Positions 29,961 to 40,777 of a DNA stretch of 64,000 nucleotides are shown here, piece by piece. The notes beneath the pieces were generated by a model. The model had not been told where the DNA came from. It ran no database searches and was given only the letters and a program-made list of their open reading frames with translations. Source of the DNA: Paracoccaceae bacterium (GTDB taxonomy: Bacteria > Pseudomonadota > Alphaproteobacteria > Rhodobacterales > Rhodobacteraceae). The translations under genes and the position numbers were made by a program. The first letter of the stretch is position 1; each line of letters starts with the position of its first letter. The DNA is taken from contig CBDATC010000001.1 of the NCBI GenBank assembly GCA_965199765.1, positions 58,937 to 122,936 of the forward strand, given 5' to 3'.

Positions 29961-31355
29961 TCAGATGTGAACAACCCGATCAAATGCGGCCAATACGCTT
30001 TCATGCATGCCCTCGGAGAGGGTGGGATGCGGAAACACCGCCCCCATCAAATCTTCTTCTGTTGTCTCAAGCTGACGTCCGATAACAAAACCTTGAATTA
30101 ACTCGGTGACCTCGGCGCCGATCATATGTGCACCAAGCAATTCACCACTGTCGGCATCAAACACGGTCTTGACCAATCCCTCTGTCTCCCCAAGCGCGAT
30201 CGCTTTTCCGTTGGCGGACCATGGAAACCGACCCACACGCACCTTTCGTCCTGACTCATTAGCCTGCTGCTCCGTCAATCCCACAGATGCAATCTGTGGA
30301 AGACAGTAGGTGCATCCGGCAATGGACTCTGGGTGTACCGGATGCGGCTTTTCGCCTGCGATCAGTTCAGCAACCGCAACACCTTCATGGCTTGCTTTGT
30401 GCGCAAGCCAAGGCGCTCCCGCGACATCGCCGATCGCATATAAGTTTTTGACATTAGTGCGACAAAACTCATCCACGACAATGTGCGACTTCTCGGTTTC
30501 CACACCAAGTTCCTCAAGACCAAGGTTTTCTATGTTGCCGAGGATTCCAGTTGCGGAAATTACCCTGTCAAACTCTTCCGCAACTTCCTGTTCCGAAGTG
30601 CGGATGAAAGCTTTCACTGAATTCTTTTGCCGGTCCAGACGGGTGACCGACGACCCCTCCATAATTGTCATGCCTTGTTTTTCGAACACCGTTTTTGCGA
30701 TTCCCGAAATTTCAGCGTCTTCAACCGGCAAAATCCGATCCATCACCTCGACAACAGTCGTTTTGGCTCCAAGCGTGTTGTAAAAACTTGCAAACTCAAT
30801 TCCAATTGCCCCCGATCCAATGACCAGCAGCTTTTTCGGCATGACATTGGGTTTCAGCGCATGCTTATAGTTCCACACTAGGACGCCATCCGCTTCTAAC
30901 CCTGGCAGTTCTCGGGCCCGGGCTCCTGTCGCAATGATGGTGTTCTTGCATTGAATTTCAGCGTCTCCCTTTTCCGATGACACGGTTATCCTCGTCGGTT
31001 CAAGCAGCTTCGCTTCGCCCATGTGAACTTCAATGCCGTTCTTCTTCATGAGATATCCGACACCGCCATTCAGCCGCTTGGCAACCGCACGGGAACGGTC
31101 AACAATGTCATTGAGTTCAAATCCTACCGAACCAACTGAAAGGCCATATTCCTTGGCCTGCTTCATTGCACTGTAAATCTCAGCCGACCGCAGCAGCGCC
31201 TTTGTTGGGATGCATCCCCAATTCAGGCAAATCCCGCCCATATGCTCGCGCTCGACAATAGTCACCGACAGGCCAAGCTGTGCCGCACGAATTGCCGCGA
31301 CATATCCACCGGGCCCAGCACCGATCACCGCGAGGTCAACCGAAGAGGTTGTCAT
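29961..31355 (-). CDS. lpdA: dihydrolipoyl dehydrogenase
   Basis: 464 aa. GAGPGGYVAAIRAAQLG, redox-active CLNWGCIPTK and C-terminal HPTLSE. Confidence 0.95.
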   Translation of the reverse strand: MTTSSVDLAVIGAGPGGYVAAIRAAQLGLSVTIVEREHMGGICLNWGCIPTKALLRSAEIYSAMKQAKEYGLSVGSVGFELNDIVDRSRAVAKRLNGGVGYLMKKNGIEVHMGEAKLLEPTRITVSSEKGDAEIQCKNTIIATGARARELPGLEADGVLVWNYKHALKPNVMPKKLLVIGSGAIGIEFASFYNTLGAKTTVVEVMDRILPVEDAEISGIAKTVFEKQGMTIMEGSSVTRLDRQKNSVKAFIRTSEQEVAEEFDRVISATGILGNIENLGLEELGVETEKSHIVVDEFCRTNVKNLYAIGDVAGAPWLAHKASHEGVAVAELIAGEKPHPVHPESIAGCTYCLPQIASVGLTEQQANESGRKVRVGRFPWSANGKAIALGETEGLVKTVFDADSGELLGAHMIGAEVTELIQGFVIGRQLETTEEDLMGAVFPHPTLSEGMHESVLAAFDRVVHI

Positions 31356-31383
31356 GCAAAATCTCCTGCATTTGATGATGTTT

Positions 31384-32046
31384 TCATTTGGTTTCTTCCC
31401 GCTCTTTCAACTCATCAACAATTTTCAAATAGACGCTGAAATCCATCATTTCCTTTTCCTCTTCGGCATATTCTCTTTCGAGCGCCTCATTTCGGAAGGG
31501 AAACCGACCGAATTTCCTCACGACTTCCCGATGCGCACGCGCATGGAGAAGGCTGACCTGACCGCTTTCCTGCATCCGTTCGCCGATGAGCGCAACACAG
31601 CGATCTTGATCTTCTATTCGTTCTGAATGCATGAAAGGCAGATAAAAAAAGATGCGTTTCATTTCCTCGAATTGCATATCGAAGCCTCTTTCAATCGCTC
31701 GGTTTGCCACCTCACGAGCCAAAGCATCGCTGTGAAACGACTGACCGCTCCCGCGAAACATATTACGTGGAAACTGGTCCAGCAGGATGACAAGCGCCAA
31801 TGCGCTCTCCGCGCTGGTTTCCCAATCCGCCAGACCACCGCCCGCAGCGCTGTACCATGCATCCAAAAACTGAGTGCGTATTTTGGCATCGACTTCATCA
31901 TTCGCCGCAAATTTCTGTTCATGAGACAAAGTCTCAAACCAAAACTCCAGCACCTGCTGCGAAGTAATCATAAGCATTTCCTCTTCGGTCATATGCACGG
32001 GACTTATCGATTCTTCCCCTGCTGACACATCTTTGCAGCGCTTCAA
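31384..32046 (-). CDS. DUF924 family protein
   Basis: VLEFWF...LVILLDQFPRNMFRG...HSD motifs typical of DUF924. The true start is probably an internal Met (MTEEEM or MITSQQ). Confidence 0.75.
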   Translation of the reverse strand: MKRCKDVSAGEESISPVHMTEEEMLMITSQQVLEFWFETLSHEQKFAANDEVDAKIRTQFLDAWYSAAGGGLADWETSAESALALVILLDQFPRNMFRGSGQSFHSDALAREVANRAIERGFDMQFEEMKRIFFYLPFMHSERIEDQDRCVALIGERMQESGQVSLLHARAHREVVRKFGRFPFRNEALEREYAEEEKEMMDFSVYLKIVDELKEREETK

Positions 32047-32702
32047 ACCGCCAAGTTGCTGCGTGCAAACTGAATGGCAGCCGATATACCATCGGGATCA
32101 ATCCCGTGCCCGAGGTTTTTCGCTAGCCTCGTTTCTACTGCAACTCCATTGGTCTCCAATGCGGCTTTTGCCTCAACCATGCTACTGGTCGGAACGATTT
32201 CATCGCTGTCCCCGTGAACAAGAAGCACCGGAGGACGAGAAACAATCTCGTTATGCAGCTTTTCCGGGTAGAGCAACCTGCCCGAAAATCCAGCAACTCC
32301 CGCAAATCGAGAAGCGCGTCGGAAAGCGACATGCAACGCCATCATCGTACCCTGCGAAAACCCGAACAACAGGGTTTGGTTAACGACTGTCCCTGCCCTC
32401 TCAATTTCTGATGTGATCAGCTTATCGAGAAATTCCGCCGAGCGGGCAAAAGATTGGGACATCGCTTCTGGGCTGGAACCGTCCATATGAGGAATGGGAA
32501 ACCATTGCCTTCCTATTGGATTCACCGCACACGGCTCCGGCGCATCAGGCGCGACGAAGGCACAATTAGGCAAAGAAGGCGACATTGGTTCCGCAAGACC
32601 AAACAAATCCGCACCGTCCGCGCCGTAGCCATGCAAAAAAATGATTAAACACCGAGTTTCGCCCGTATCAGGCGACCGCCGCAGAATTCGAACATCTTTC
32701 AT
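32043..32702 (-). CDS. alpha/beta hydrolase (phospholipase/carboxylesterase family)
   Basis: 219 aa. LIIFLHGYGADG, nucleophile elbow GFSQGT and LLVHGDSDEIVP. Confidence 0.82.
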   Translation of the reverse strand: MKDVRILRRSPDTGETRCLIIFLHGYGADGADLFGLAEPMSPSLPNCAFVAPDAPEPCAVNPIGRQWFPIPHMDGSSPEAMSQSFARSAEFLDKLITSEIERAGTVVNQTLLFGFSQGTMMALHVAFRRASRFAGVAGFSGRLLYPEKLHNEIVSRPPVLLVHGDSDEIVPTSSMVEAKAALETNGVAVETRLAKNLGHGIDPDGISAAIQFARSNLAV

Positions 32703-33325
32703 CGCACACCTTCCCGTTCCTTAACTTCACGATAATAGGACCAAAGCAGTCTTGCGGCCACCGCGCGCCAAGGTGACCAAGGTGCCGCAATCTCCCGCAA
32801 TTGTTTTTCGGAGGGTCGAGAATCCAATTCAAACAGCAACCGCGCGCTTTCCTGCAAGGCCAAATCGCCCGCTGCAAACATATCCGGCCGGCCGAGTGCG
32901 GACATGCCGTAGATTTCAGCAGTCCAGCGACCGATGCCAAGTATCCGAGTCATCCGACTGACCAAGGCATCATCACTGAGACTGCCCAGTTCGCTGTATT
33001 TAATTCTCTCATCCGCCAAGGCTTTTGCATAGCGCACCTTCTGACGCGAAACGCCGCAAGCTTGAATCTGTTCGGCTGAACATGCCCGCAAAGCTCCGCG
33101 GTCTGTCAGTCCCACTTGCTTGAGGCGGTTCCAGATCGAGTCCGCTGCAGCAACGGAAACCTGTTGGCTGATAATCATGTCCAGCAGCGCTTCGAATCCT
33201 TCCTGCCGCCTTCGAAGAGGCGGATAACCAGCCAATTCGAGCACTGAACGAAATCGTGGTTCGGTGTGCACAAGGAATGCGACGCCTTGCTTGATGTCTT
33301 CGACGGTCGCAATTTCAGATATCAT
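32699..33325 (-). CDS. DNA-3-methyladenine glycosylase II (HhH-GPD superfamily, AlkA-like)
   Basis: 208 aa. IISQQVSVAAA and ILGIGRWTAEIY..., then the catalytic-Asp region AGDLAL. Confidence 0.8.
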   Translation of the reverse strand: MISEIATVEDIKQGVAFLVHTEPRFRSVLELAGYPPLRRRQEGFEALLDMIISQQVSVAAADSIWNRLKQVGLTDRGALRACSAEQIQACGVSRQKVRYAKALADERIKYSELGSLSDDALVSRMTRILGIGRWTAEIYGMSALGRPDMFAAGDLALQESARLLFELDSRPSEKQLREIAAPWSPWRAVAARLLWSYYREVKEREGVR

Positions 33326-33492
33326 TCCGTGATTGTCTCCGTAAAAGGCATTAGTTGGGTTGGTGTCCGTCGGACTTGCGACAGCCCTGTATCAGCACAG
33401 CGATTTCCTGCAACAAATTGACTGCGATTGGCAAGCGCTCAGATGCTAAACAGACTCTTGCCGAATTCGGCTTTCAGCGGTACGGGAAAAAA

Positions 33493-34701
33493 ATGCGAAG
33501 CATTCTTCTTTCACGCGAACGCCGCAACGTCGCTATCCTGGTTCTGGCGCAGATGACCATCGGCGCACAGATGCCGATGATCTTCACTATCGCCGGACTT
33601 GCGGGTCAATCGTTGGCTTCTAATGTATGCTGGGCCACGTTGCCGATTTCAGTCATTGTCTTTGGGTCCATGACCTCTGCACCTTGGATGAGCCAAACCA
33701 TGCAGAGATTTGGACGGCAGACCGGCTTCTTGATTGGCGCCTCAGCCGGAGTTCTCGGTGGATTGATCGGAACATTCGCACTGTTCCAAGCTTCGTTCCC
33801 ACTGTTCCTGCTCGCGTCATACTTCACCGGAATCTACATGTCAGCGCATGGATTTGTCCGATTCGCGGCAGCCGACACGGCTTCTGACGAATTCAGACCC
33901 CGTGCCATATCCTACGTCATGGCAGGCGGTCTCGTGGCGGCATTGGTCGGTCCACAATTGGTAAAAATCACCGCCGATGGAATGGTTGTCCCATTTGCCG
34001 GCACGTACCTTGCTGTTGCCGCGGTCAATGTGTTCGGCGCATTATCTTTTCTTTTTCTCGATATTCCGGTTCCGGCTCGCCAAACCAGCAGCAGCGATGT
34101 CCGCACCTACCGGGAACTGCTCAAGACACCGAAGATCTCGGTCGCGATTATCTGTTCGATGATCTCATATGCCTTGATGAATCTGATGATGACTTCCACC
34201 CCCCTCGCGGTTGTTGGATGCGGATTCGGCCAGGACCGCGCGGCTGATATTGTTTCAGCCCATGTCTTCGCGATGTTCGCTCCGTCATTCTTCACCGGCC
34301 ATTTGATTTCACGATTCGGGGCCGACAAAATTGTAGCCGTTGGATTGGTCCTTTTGGCACTTGCCGGCATCACCGGACTCTCAGGCATTGAACTCAAAAA
34401 TTTTTTTGTTGCCTTGGTGCTTCTTGGCGTCGGTTGGAATTTTGGATTTATCGGCGCAACCGCGATGCTGGTCGAAGCGCACAGCCCTGCTGAACGCGGC
34501 AAAGTGCAAGGCCTCACAGACGCTCTGGTTTTTGGATGTGTAACCCTCGCTTCGCTTGCCTCCGGCACACTGATGAACTGCTCCGGTGGAACAGCGCCGC
34601 AGGGCTGGACTGCGGTGAATTGGGCGATGGCACCTTTCCTGCTGCTCGCCGGAGGGGCGCTGTGTTGGCTGATGCTCCGCCGACCATCAGCCTCTGCGTA
34701 A
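33493..34701 (+). CDS. MFS transporter
   Basis: The ORF track starts at 33355. ATG 33493 (MRSILLSRERRNVAILVLAQ) fits an MFS N-terminus. About 12 predicted TM segments. Confidence 0.8.
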   Translation: MRSILLSRERRNVAILVLAQMTIGAQMPMIFTIAGLAGQSLASNVCWATLPISVIVFGSMTSAPWMSQTMQRFGRQTGFLIGASAGVLGGLIGTFALFQASFPLFLLASYFTGIYMSAHGFVRFAAADTASDEFRPRAISYVMAGGLVAALVGPQLVKITADGMVVPFAGTYLAVAAVNVFGALSFLFLDIPVPARQTSSSDVRTYRELLKTPKISVAIICSMISYALMNLMMTSTPLAVVGCGFGQDRAADIVSAHVFAMFAPSFFTGHLISRFGADKIVAVGLVLLALAGITGLSGIELKNFFVALVLLGVGWNFGFIGATAMLVEAHSPAERGKVQGLTDALVFGCVTLASLASGTLMNCSGGTAPQGWTAVNWAMAPFLLLAGGALCWLMLRRPSASA

Positions 34702-34806
34702 TCTTCAATAAGGTATGGCGCTCGCAACGCGCTTCAATTTCCAGATAAACCGCTACGCATTGTCCGATTAACGCATGGACGAGTAGGTTCGGCACTGCTT
34801 CCCGAC

Positions 34807-36438
34807 TTAACTGCACTGGGTTATCCGAGGCAAGTCTCTGACCAACTTCCACCTAATCGCATCAATCAAAGCTTCAAACGAAGCATCAATGATATTTGCC
34901 GAAACCCCGACCGTCGACCACCTTATGCCATTCCGGTCCTCACTGTCGATAATGACGCGGGTGACCGCGGCGGTCCCGCTGCCGGTGATGCGAACCTTGA
35001 AATCAACGAGATGCATATCCTCAATATATTTCTGGTGAACGCCAAGATCCCTGATCACCGCCCTTGCCAAGGCATGAACAGGGCCTTGATCAGCCGAACC
35101 ATTGGTGGAGGCATCCGCATACGAGGTCAAAACTTGCCCGCCGACCGCCAACATCACTTCCGCACGGGACCTTGTTTTCATCTCGCCACCGTCTTCAGCG
35201 TGTTCCACCGTGACCGAATAATTCCTGACATCAAAATAATCCGGCATGATCCCTAGAATGCGCCGGGCCAAGAGTTCAAACGAAGCCTGTGCGGTGTCGT
35301 AACTGTATCCAGCGTCTTCCCGCTGCTTTACAGCTTGAATTATCGCGCCGAGGCGTTTGTCTTCTTTATCAACCGTGATTCCCGCTGCATTGAGACGTGC
35401 GATCAAGTTAGAACGGCCGGCTTGATTAGACATCGGAATAAATCGCCGATTTCCGACAGCCTCCGGTTCTATATGCTCGTAGGTCTTTGGATTCCGCGCC
35501 ACAGCGGAAGCATGCAATCCAGCCTTATGCACAAACGCTGATGCGCCCACATAGGGTGCGGCCTTGGACGGCACACGATTCAGAATATCGTCCAACAGAC
35601 GGGAAACACGGGTTAATCCTGCGAGCTGTGCCTTGTTCACTCCCGTAGTGAAACGTGAGGCGAACCACTCCTTCAGGAAGAGCGTAGGAATTAGAGTCAC
35701 CAGATCAGCGTTGCCGCATCTTTCACCGAGACCATTCAAAGTTCCCTGAATTTGGCGCGCTCCAGCTTCTACAGCTGCAAGTGATCCCGCAACGGCGGTG
35801 CCGGTATCGTTGTGCGTATGAATTCCAATCTTGCTGCCAGGTATCCCTCGGGCAATCACTTCACCTGTAATCTCGCTGATTTCACTGGGTAGCGTTCCTC
35901 CATTCGTGTCGCAAAGAACAACCCATTCCGCGCCATTCGTCAAAGCAGAATCCAGACACCGCATCGCATAGTCTGGATCCGACTTGTAACCATCGAAAAA
36001 ATGCTCGGCATCGAAAATCGCTTCGCGGTCCATTTTTGCCAAATGCGCTATTGACTCGGCGATGTTGTTTAGATTCTCGTCCAACCCGATTCCCAGTGCG
36101 GTCTCCACGTGAAACCTATGGGATTTGCCGACAATGCATACGGTATTTGAATTCGCGTTAACCAATTGCGCCAACAGATCATCGTTCGCCGCGGATCTTC
36201 CAGCGCGCTTCGTCATGCCGAAAGTTGTTATCTTCGCTCTCTGAACAGTCGGCGGCTGCTCAAAATATGCGCTGTCCGTTGGATTAGCCCCCGGCCAACC
36301 CGCTTCGATATAGTCAATTCCCAGCTCAGCCAAAGCAATGGTCAGCCGATGCTTGTCGGACAACGAGAACTGAACGCCCTGAGTTTGCTGACCATCCCGC
36401 AAAGTTGTGTCGTAAAGTGTCAGTCTCTCCTTGCTCAT
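34807..36438 (-). CDS. cimA: citramalate synthase / LeuA-family 2-oxoacid condensing enzyme
   Basis: 543 aa. [22 protein letters not shown], and the length and C-terminal LeuA-dimer-like region typical of CimA-type enzymes. Distinguishing CimA from LeuA needs a phylogeny. Confidence 0.75.
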   Translation of the reverse strand: MSKERLTLYDTTLRDGQQTQGVQFSLSDKHRLTIALAELGIDYIEAGWPGANPTDSAYFEQPPTVQRAKITTFGMTKRAGRSAANDDLLAQLVNANSNTVCIVGKSHRFHVETALGIGLDENLNNIAESIAHLAKMDREAIFDAEHFFDGYKSDPDYAMRCLDSALTNGAEWVVLCDTNGGTLPSEISEITGEVIARGIPGSKIGIHTHNDTGTAVAGSLAAVEAGARQIQGTLNGLGERCGNADLVTLIPTLFLKEWFASRFTTGVNKAQLAGLTRVSRLLDDILNRVPSKAAPYVGASAFVHKAGLHASAVARNPKTYEHIEPEAVGNRRFIPMSNQAGRSNLIARLNAAGITVDKEDKRLGAIIQAVKQREDAGYSYDTAQASFELLARRILGIMPDYFDVRNYSVTVEHAEDGGEMKTRSRAEVMLAVGGQVLTSYADASTNGSADQGPVHALARAVIRDLGVHQKYIEDMHLVDFKVRITGSGTAAVTRVIIDSEDRNGIRWSTVGVSANIIDASFEALIDAIRWKLVRDLPRITQCS

Positions 36439-37841
36439 CGGTCAACTTCCCCAGACTGAGCCCTATCCAATGTTTCGAGCTTTGAAGGGTCAAATCCGTC
36501 CAACGGCTGCCAAATCGCACCATCGGCGCCGTCCCGGACTTCAATTCCCGCATCCGCCAAATTCATTCGAATTGCATCCGCCAGACTAAAGTCTCTCCGC
36601 TTTCGAGCTTCGCTGCGCGCGCGCACATACCCATCAATTCTGCTGCGAAGAGTCTTGCTGATCTCATCGGTCTTCGACTCCATGGAAATGCCCATGAACA
36701 CTGCCGACGCCTTGAGCCTGGAACCATCACCTTGGGAGGCCAATTTGTGCAGCTCGCTGATCGCTTTCGGCGTGTTCAGGTCATCGGCCAGCGCCGAAAT
36801 CACGGCCTCGGCAGGCGCTGCATCGGCAGGTGCGTTTGCGGTGATCGCACGCCACTTGCGCAATACCGTGCGGGTTTCTTCAACCTTTGCAGCGGTCCAG
36901 TCCAATGGCTGCCGGTATTGAGTTGACAGAAGCGCCAAACGTATCACCGCGCCTTCAATGCCTTGATCCCGCAATTGCTTGACGGTGATGAAATTTCCCA
37001 GACTTTTGGCCATTTTTTGACCTTCGACCTGCAGGAAACCATTATGCATCCACAATCTGGCAAATTCCCCGTCTGGATTCACGCAGTGGCTTTGTGCAAA
37101 TTCGTTCTCGTGATGCGGGAATGCGAGATCAATGCCACCGCCGTGGATATCGAAACTTTGTCCGAGCAGTTCCAAACTCATCGCTGAGCACTCGATGTGC
37201 CAGCCTGGCCGCCCCCTGCCCCACGGCGAATCCCACCCCGGCAACTCTGCGGATGACGGTTTCCAGAGCACAAAATCCATCGCATTGCGCTTGAATGGAG
37301 CGACTTCGACCCGTGCTCCCGCCTGCATAGCGTCTACCGAGCGGTGTGCTAGGCTGCCGTATTCGGAAAAGCTGTCGACGCTGAATAAGACATGCCCTTC
37401 GGCTTCGTAGGCATTGCCGCTTTCGATCAGTGACTCGATCATTTTGATCATCACTTGCAGATACTCGGTCGCACGCGGTTCATGACTCGGAGCAAGAACT
37501 CCAAGCTCATCCATATCTTCATGATACCAGCGAATGGTCTCATCGGTGACGCTGCGGATGATCGACAGCAATGGCCGACCGTCGCCACCGGCTCGCATTT
37601 GCGCTGCGCGCGCATTAATCTTGTCATCGATATCGGTGATGTTTCTGACATATGTCACGTTCTCAACGCCATAAGAATGACGCAGCAACCGAAACAACAA
37701 ATCAAACACCACTGCTGGGCGCGCGTTACCGATGTGCGCACGGTCATATACAGTCGGCCCGCAAACATAAACTCGAACGTTCTTTGGGTCTATTGGCTGG
37801 AACTCCAGCTTTGACTTCGTGCGCGTGTCAAAAAACTTCAT
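36435..37841 (-). CDS. cysS: cysteine--tRNA ligase
   Basis: HIGNARP (HIGH) and KMAKSLGN (KMSKS) motifs. The longest ORF reaches 37892, but [14 protein letters not shown] (ATG 37841) aligns with canonical CysS N-termini. Confidence 0.93.
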   Translation of the reverse strand: MKFFDTRTKSKLEFQPIDPKNVRVYVCGPTVYDRAHIGNARPAVVFDLLFRLLRHSYGVENVTYVRNITDIDDKINARAAQMRAGGDGRPLLSIIRSVTDETIRWYHEDMDELGVLAPSHEPRATEYLQVMIKMIESLIESGNAYEAEGHVLFSVDSFSEYGSLAHRSVDAMQAGARVEVAPFKRNAMDFVLWKPSSAELPGWDSPWGRGRPGWHIECSAMSLELLGQSFDIHGGGIDLAFPHHENEFAQSHCVNPDGEFARLWMHNGFLQVEGQKMAKSLGNFITVKQLRDQGIEGAVIRLALLSTQYRQPLDWTAAKVEETRTVLRKWRAITANAPADAAPAEAVISALADDLNTPKAISELHKLASQGDGSRLKASAVFMGISMESKTDEISKTLRSRIDGYVRARSEARKRRDFSLADAIRMNLADAGIEVRDGADGAIWQPLDGFDPSKLETLDRAQSGEVDR

Positions 37842-38050
37842 TTGATTCATTTCTTTTGCCTGCCTTCGCCGGCGCCGGCTGTTGAAATTCAAATGAATGC
37901 AAAAATAGCGGCCCGGCTGTCGAATTCAGCCGATAATGCAGATCCTAATTGTGCATTGTGCCATTGTCATGGCAACCATATGAGATATTTTTTTCCGGTT
38001 GGCAACCGGTTTTAGAATCCGGTCGAATAAAGTTGTAAATGGAATAAACA

Positions 38051-39241
38051 ATGCTACTTGCAGAAAGGATTGAAACGATAGCGAGCGGCGAGGCGGGTGC
38101 ATGGGAACCCTATTACCGTGCTCGCTCCATCGCGGCTGCAGGTGAGCCAATCACCGATCTGACAATCGGCGACCACGACATCAAAACCGATCAATCTATC
38201 TTGAATGTGATGGCGCAGAACGCGCGGGCAGGCAAAACCGGTTACACGGAAGTGCCGGGCATACGCCGGCTGCGTGAAGCCATTGCCGAGCGGGTGCAAG
38301 CGCGAACGGGCGTTGCAACCACTTATCGAAATGTCATTATAACCAGCGGCGGTCAGGGGGCTTTGATCGCTGCGCACCTCGCAGTTTTGAATAGCGGAGA
38401 CCGGGCTGTTTACACGGATCCCTACTATCCGACCTATCCGGGCACGATCCGCGCTGCCGGCGGAACGCCCATTGCTTTGCGAACCCGACCTGAAAACAGC
38501 TTTCGTCCCACCGCTAAGGACCTTGCCAAAGCAGCAAAGGGTGCCAAGAGCATTCTGTTCAACTCACCAAACAACCCCACGGGCGCGGTTTACCCACGCG
38601 AAACACAGGAACAGATCGCCGCGTGCTCGATAAACCATGACCTCTGGGCCATCTCCGATGAAGTCTACGATACGCAGATATGGAACGGCGAGCACATTTC
38701 GATCCGGTCTCTGCCAAACATGGAAGAACGAACCTTCGTTATCGGCTCCATGTCCAAAAGTTTTGCAATGACCGGCTCACGAATCGGCTGGCTCGTCGCA
38801 CCGGCCGATGTTGCAAGCTCCATAGGTGAATTGATCACTGTCGTGACCTTCGGCATTCCGGAATACATCCAGGAAGCCGCGCTGTTTGCACTGGAACAGG
38901 GTATCGGGTTTGAGAATCGCATTGCGGAACCGTTTCGTCGTCGCAGGCGAACCGCGCTTGATATATTGGCTAGTCAAAACACCATAAAACTCACACCGCC
39001 GAACGGAGCCATGTATCTGATGCTTGATATCCGGGCGACCGGCTGCAGCGGATTGGACTTTGCCAACCTCTTGCTGGATCAAGAGAACATTGCTGTCATG
39101 CCGGGTGAAAGTTTCGGCGTTTCAGCAGCCGGACATGTGCGAATTGCCATGACTGTGGCGGAGGATCATCTTGGCTCCGCCCTGAGGCGAATGATAAGTC
39201 TCGCAGAGCGCTTGGCTTCGAAACACGCATCGAACAGCTAA
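38051..39241 (+). CDS. pyridoxal phosphate-dependent aminotransferase, class I/II
   Basis: 396 aa. NSPNNPTG and the PLP-lysine motif SMSKSFAMTGSRIGW. Confidence 0.88.
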   Translation: MLLAERIETIASGEAGAWEPYYRARSIAAAGEPITDLTIGDHDIKTDQSILNVMAQNARAGKTGYTEVPGIRRLREAIAERVQARTGVATTYRNVIITSGGQGALIAAHLAVLNSGDRAVYTDPYYPTYPGTIRAAGGTPIALRTRPENSFRPTAKDLAKAAKGAKSILFNSPNNPTGAVYPRETQEQIAACSINHDLWAISDEVYDTQIWNGEHISIRSLPNMEERTFVIGSMSKSFAMTGSRIGWLVAPADVASSIGELITVVTFGIPEYIQEAALFALEQGIGFENRIAEPFRRRRRTALDILASQNTIKLTPPNGAMYLMLDIRATGCSGLDFANLLLDQENIAVMPGESFGVSAAGHVRIAMTVAEDHLGSALRRMISLAERLASKHASNS

Positions 39242-39325
39242 TTGCTCTTCGGAGTTTTTCGTCGTTCAAATTAAACAACTTGCACAGTAACATTTCTAGC
39301 GGCTGCAGCTTCCGGCTTTGCTGAA

Positions 39326-40777
39326 TTGAGGACACAAATGCGGTATTCCGACCTTCCTGAATGGGCTTCCAAAGCTGGCGAATGGGCTGGCAGATATTTC
39401 GAGACACTGTCTGGACGCAGGGTTCGTCCCAACGTTTTGCCGGGTGAGATATACAATCAGCTGCCCGACGCGGCACCGGAAAATCCCGAGCCGATGACCG
39501 AGGTGTTCGCCGATTTTGAACGGCTCGTTCCCGATGCGATGACGCATTGGCAGCATCCACGGTTCTTTGCCTATTTTCCGGCGAACGCGGCACCGGCCTC
39601 TATACTTGCAGAACAGCTGATCAGCTCGCTAGCCTGCAACTGCATGCTCTGGCAGACCTCACCGGCTGCCACTGAAATCGAACAGCGAATGATGGAATGG
39701 TTTCGCAAAGCCGTCGGACTGCCGGACCAATTCACTGGCGTGATTCAGGACAGCGCGACAACCGCCACCCTTTGCTCAGTGCTGACCATGCGGGAACTTG
39801 CCTTGAAATGGCAAGGATTGGAAACGGGGATGTCCAGTCAACCTGTCCTGCGGATTTACGCGAGTGCAGAAAATCATTCTTCAATCGACAAAGCCGTGCG
39901 AATCTCTGGCATAGGCCAAGCTAATCTGGTCAAGATTCCAACTGACTCGAAGCTGGCGATGAGTGCAAACCTGCTTAGACAAGCCATCTTGCAAGACATT
40001 GAAAGCGGTTTCACGCCCGCGGGAGTCGTCTTATGCATCGGCGGAACTGCGAATGGAGCATGCGACCGGCTGAACGAGATCGTTGAAGTCGCTCGGGAAT
40101 TTGATCTGTACAGCCACGTCGATGCAGCTTGGGCAGGCGCGGCGACGATGTGTCCGGAATACCGATTTCTATGGGATGGCATCGAAGGCGTGGATTCAAT
40201 TGTGATCAATCCAAACAAATGGACCGGTGCGCAGATTGACTGCAGCGTGCAATTTCTTGCTCGTCCAAGTCAACAAGCCGCTGCCGTAGGAATGCGCCCG
40301 GCTTACTTGAAGACAGTGGGATTGACAGACATCACCGACCTCAGCGAATTATCGATTCCGCTGGGCCGCAGATTTCGTGCGCTCAAATTGTGGTTTGTCT
40401 TCCGTGCGTATGGCTTGAGCGGTTTGCGCAAATTGGTTCGTGACCATATCAGGTGGATCCGAATGGTCGAAAAGCGGTTTGAGTCAGATCCAGGGTTCGA
40501 TGTGGTGACCAGCAGTCTGTTAGCGCTGTTCACATTCCGCTTGAACGACACAAACGGAAATTCCGACGAATTGACGATGGAGCTGCTGCGCAGGGTGAAT
40601 GAAGATGGTCGAATTTATCTCACCCCGTCTGAATTCGAAGACCGACCAACCATCCGAATGACGGCCGGCACATTCAGCTGCACAGAAGAGGACGTGCTTT
40701 CGGCCTATGATGTTGTGCGTGAAATCGCTGATTCTCTGCTGTCAATCCGCGTCAAGCCAACGCAATCGTCTGGTTAA
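39326..40777 (+). CDS. group II PLP-dependent decarboxylase (aromatic-L-amino-acid / DABA decarboxylase family)
   Basis: 483 aa. HWQHPRFFAYFP, HVDAAWAG and the PLP-lysine region SIVINPNKW, which corresponds to N-P-H-K in the animal DDC as I recall it. Confidence 0.85.
   Translation: MRTQMRYSDLPEWASKAGEWAGRYFETLSGRRVRPNVLPGEIYNQLPDAAPENPEPMTEVFADFERLVPDAMTHWQHPRFFAYFPANAAPASILAEQLISSLACNCMLWQTSPAATEIEQRMMEWFRKAVGLPDQFTGVIQDSATTATLCSVLTMRELALKWQGLETGMSSQPVLRIYASAENHSSIDKAVRISGIGQANLVKIPTDSKLAMSANLLRQAILQDIESGFTPAGVVLCIGGTANGACDRLNEIVEVAREFDLYSHVDAAWAGAATMCPEYRFLWDGIEGVDSIVINPNKWTGAQIDCSVQFLARPSQQAAAVGMRPAYLKTVGLTDITDLSELSIPLGRRFRALKLWFVFRAYGLSGLRKLVRDHIRWIRMVEKRFESDPGFDVVTSSLLALFTFRLNDTNGNSDELTMELLRRVNEDGRIYLTPSEFEDRPTIRMTAGTFSCTEEDVLSAYDVVREIADSLLSIRVKPTQSSG

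Noticed and set aside
34107-34727. 206-aa ORF antisense to the MFS transporter gene. The same judgement applies to 2762-3565, 7779-8249, 13713-14270, 23232-23774, 55522-56536 and 57771-58340.
   Set aside because: All lie opposite genes with clear family motifs, none has a recognisable motif or RBS, and their composition is typical of antisense frames.
38000-38016. TTGGCAACCGGTTTTAG as a sigma-54 promoter (TGGCAC-N5-TTGC).
   Set aside because: The -24 GG is present but there is no GC dinucleotide at the -12 position. The sequence is better explained as half of the palindrome at 37995-38009.
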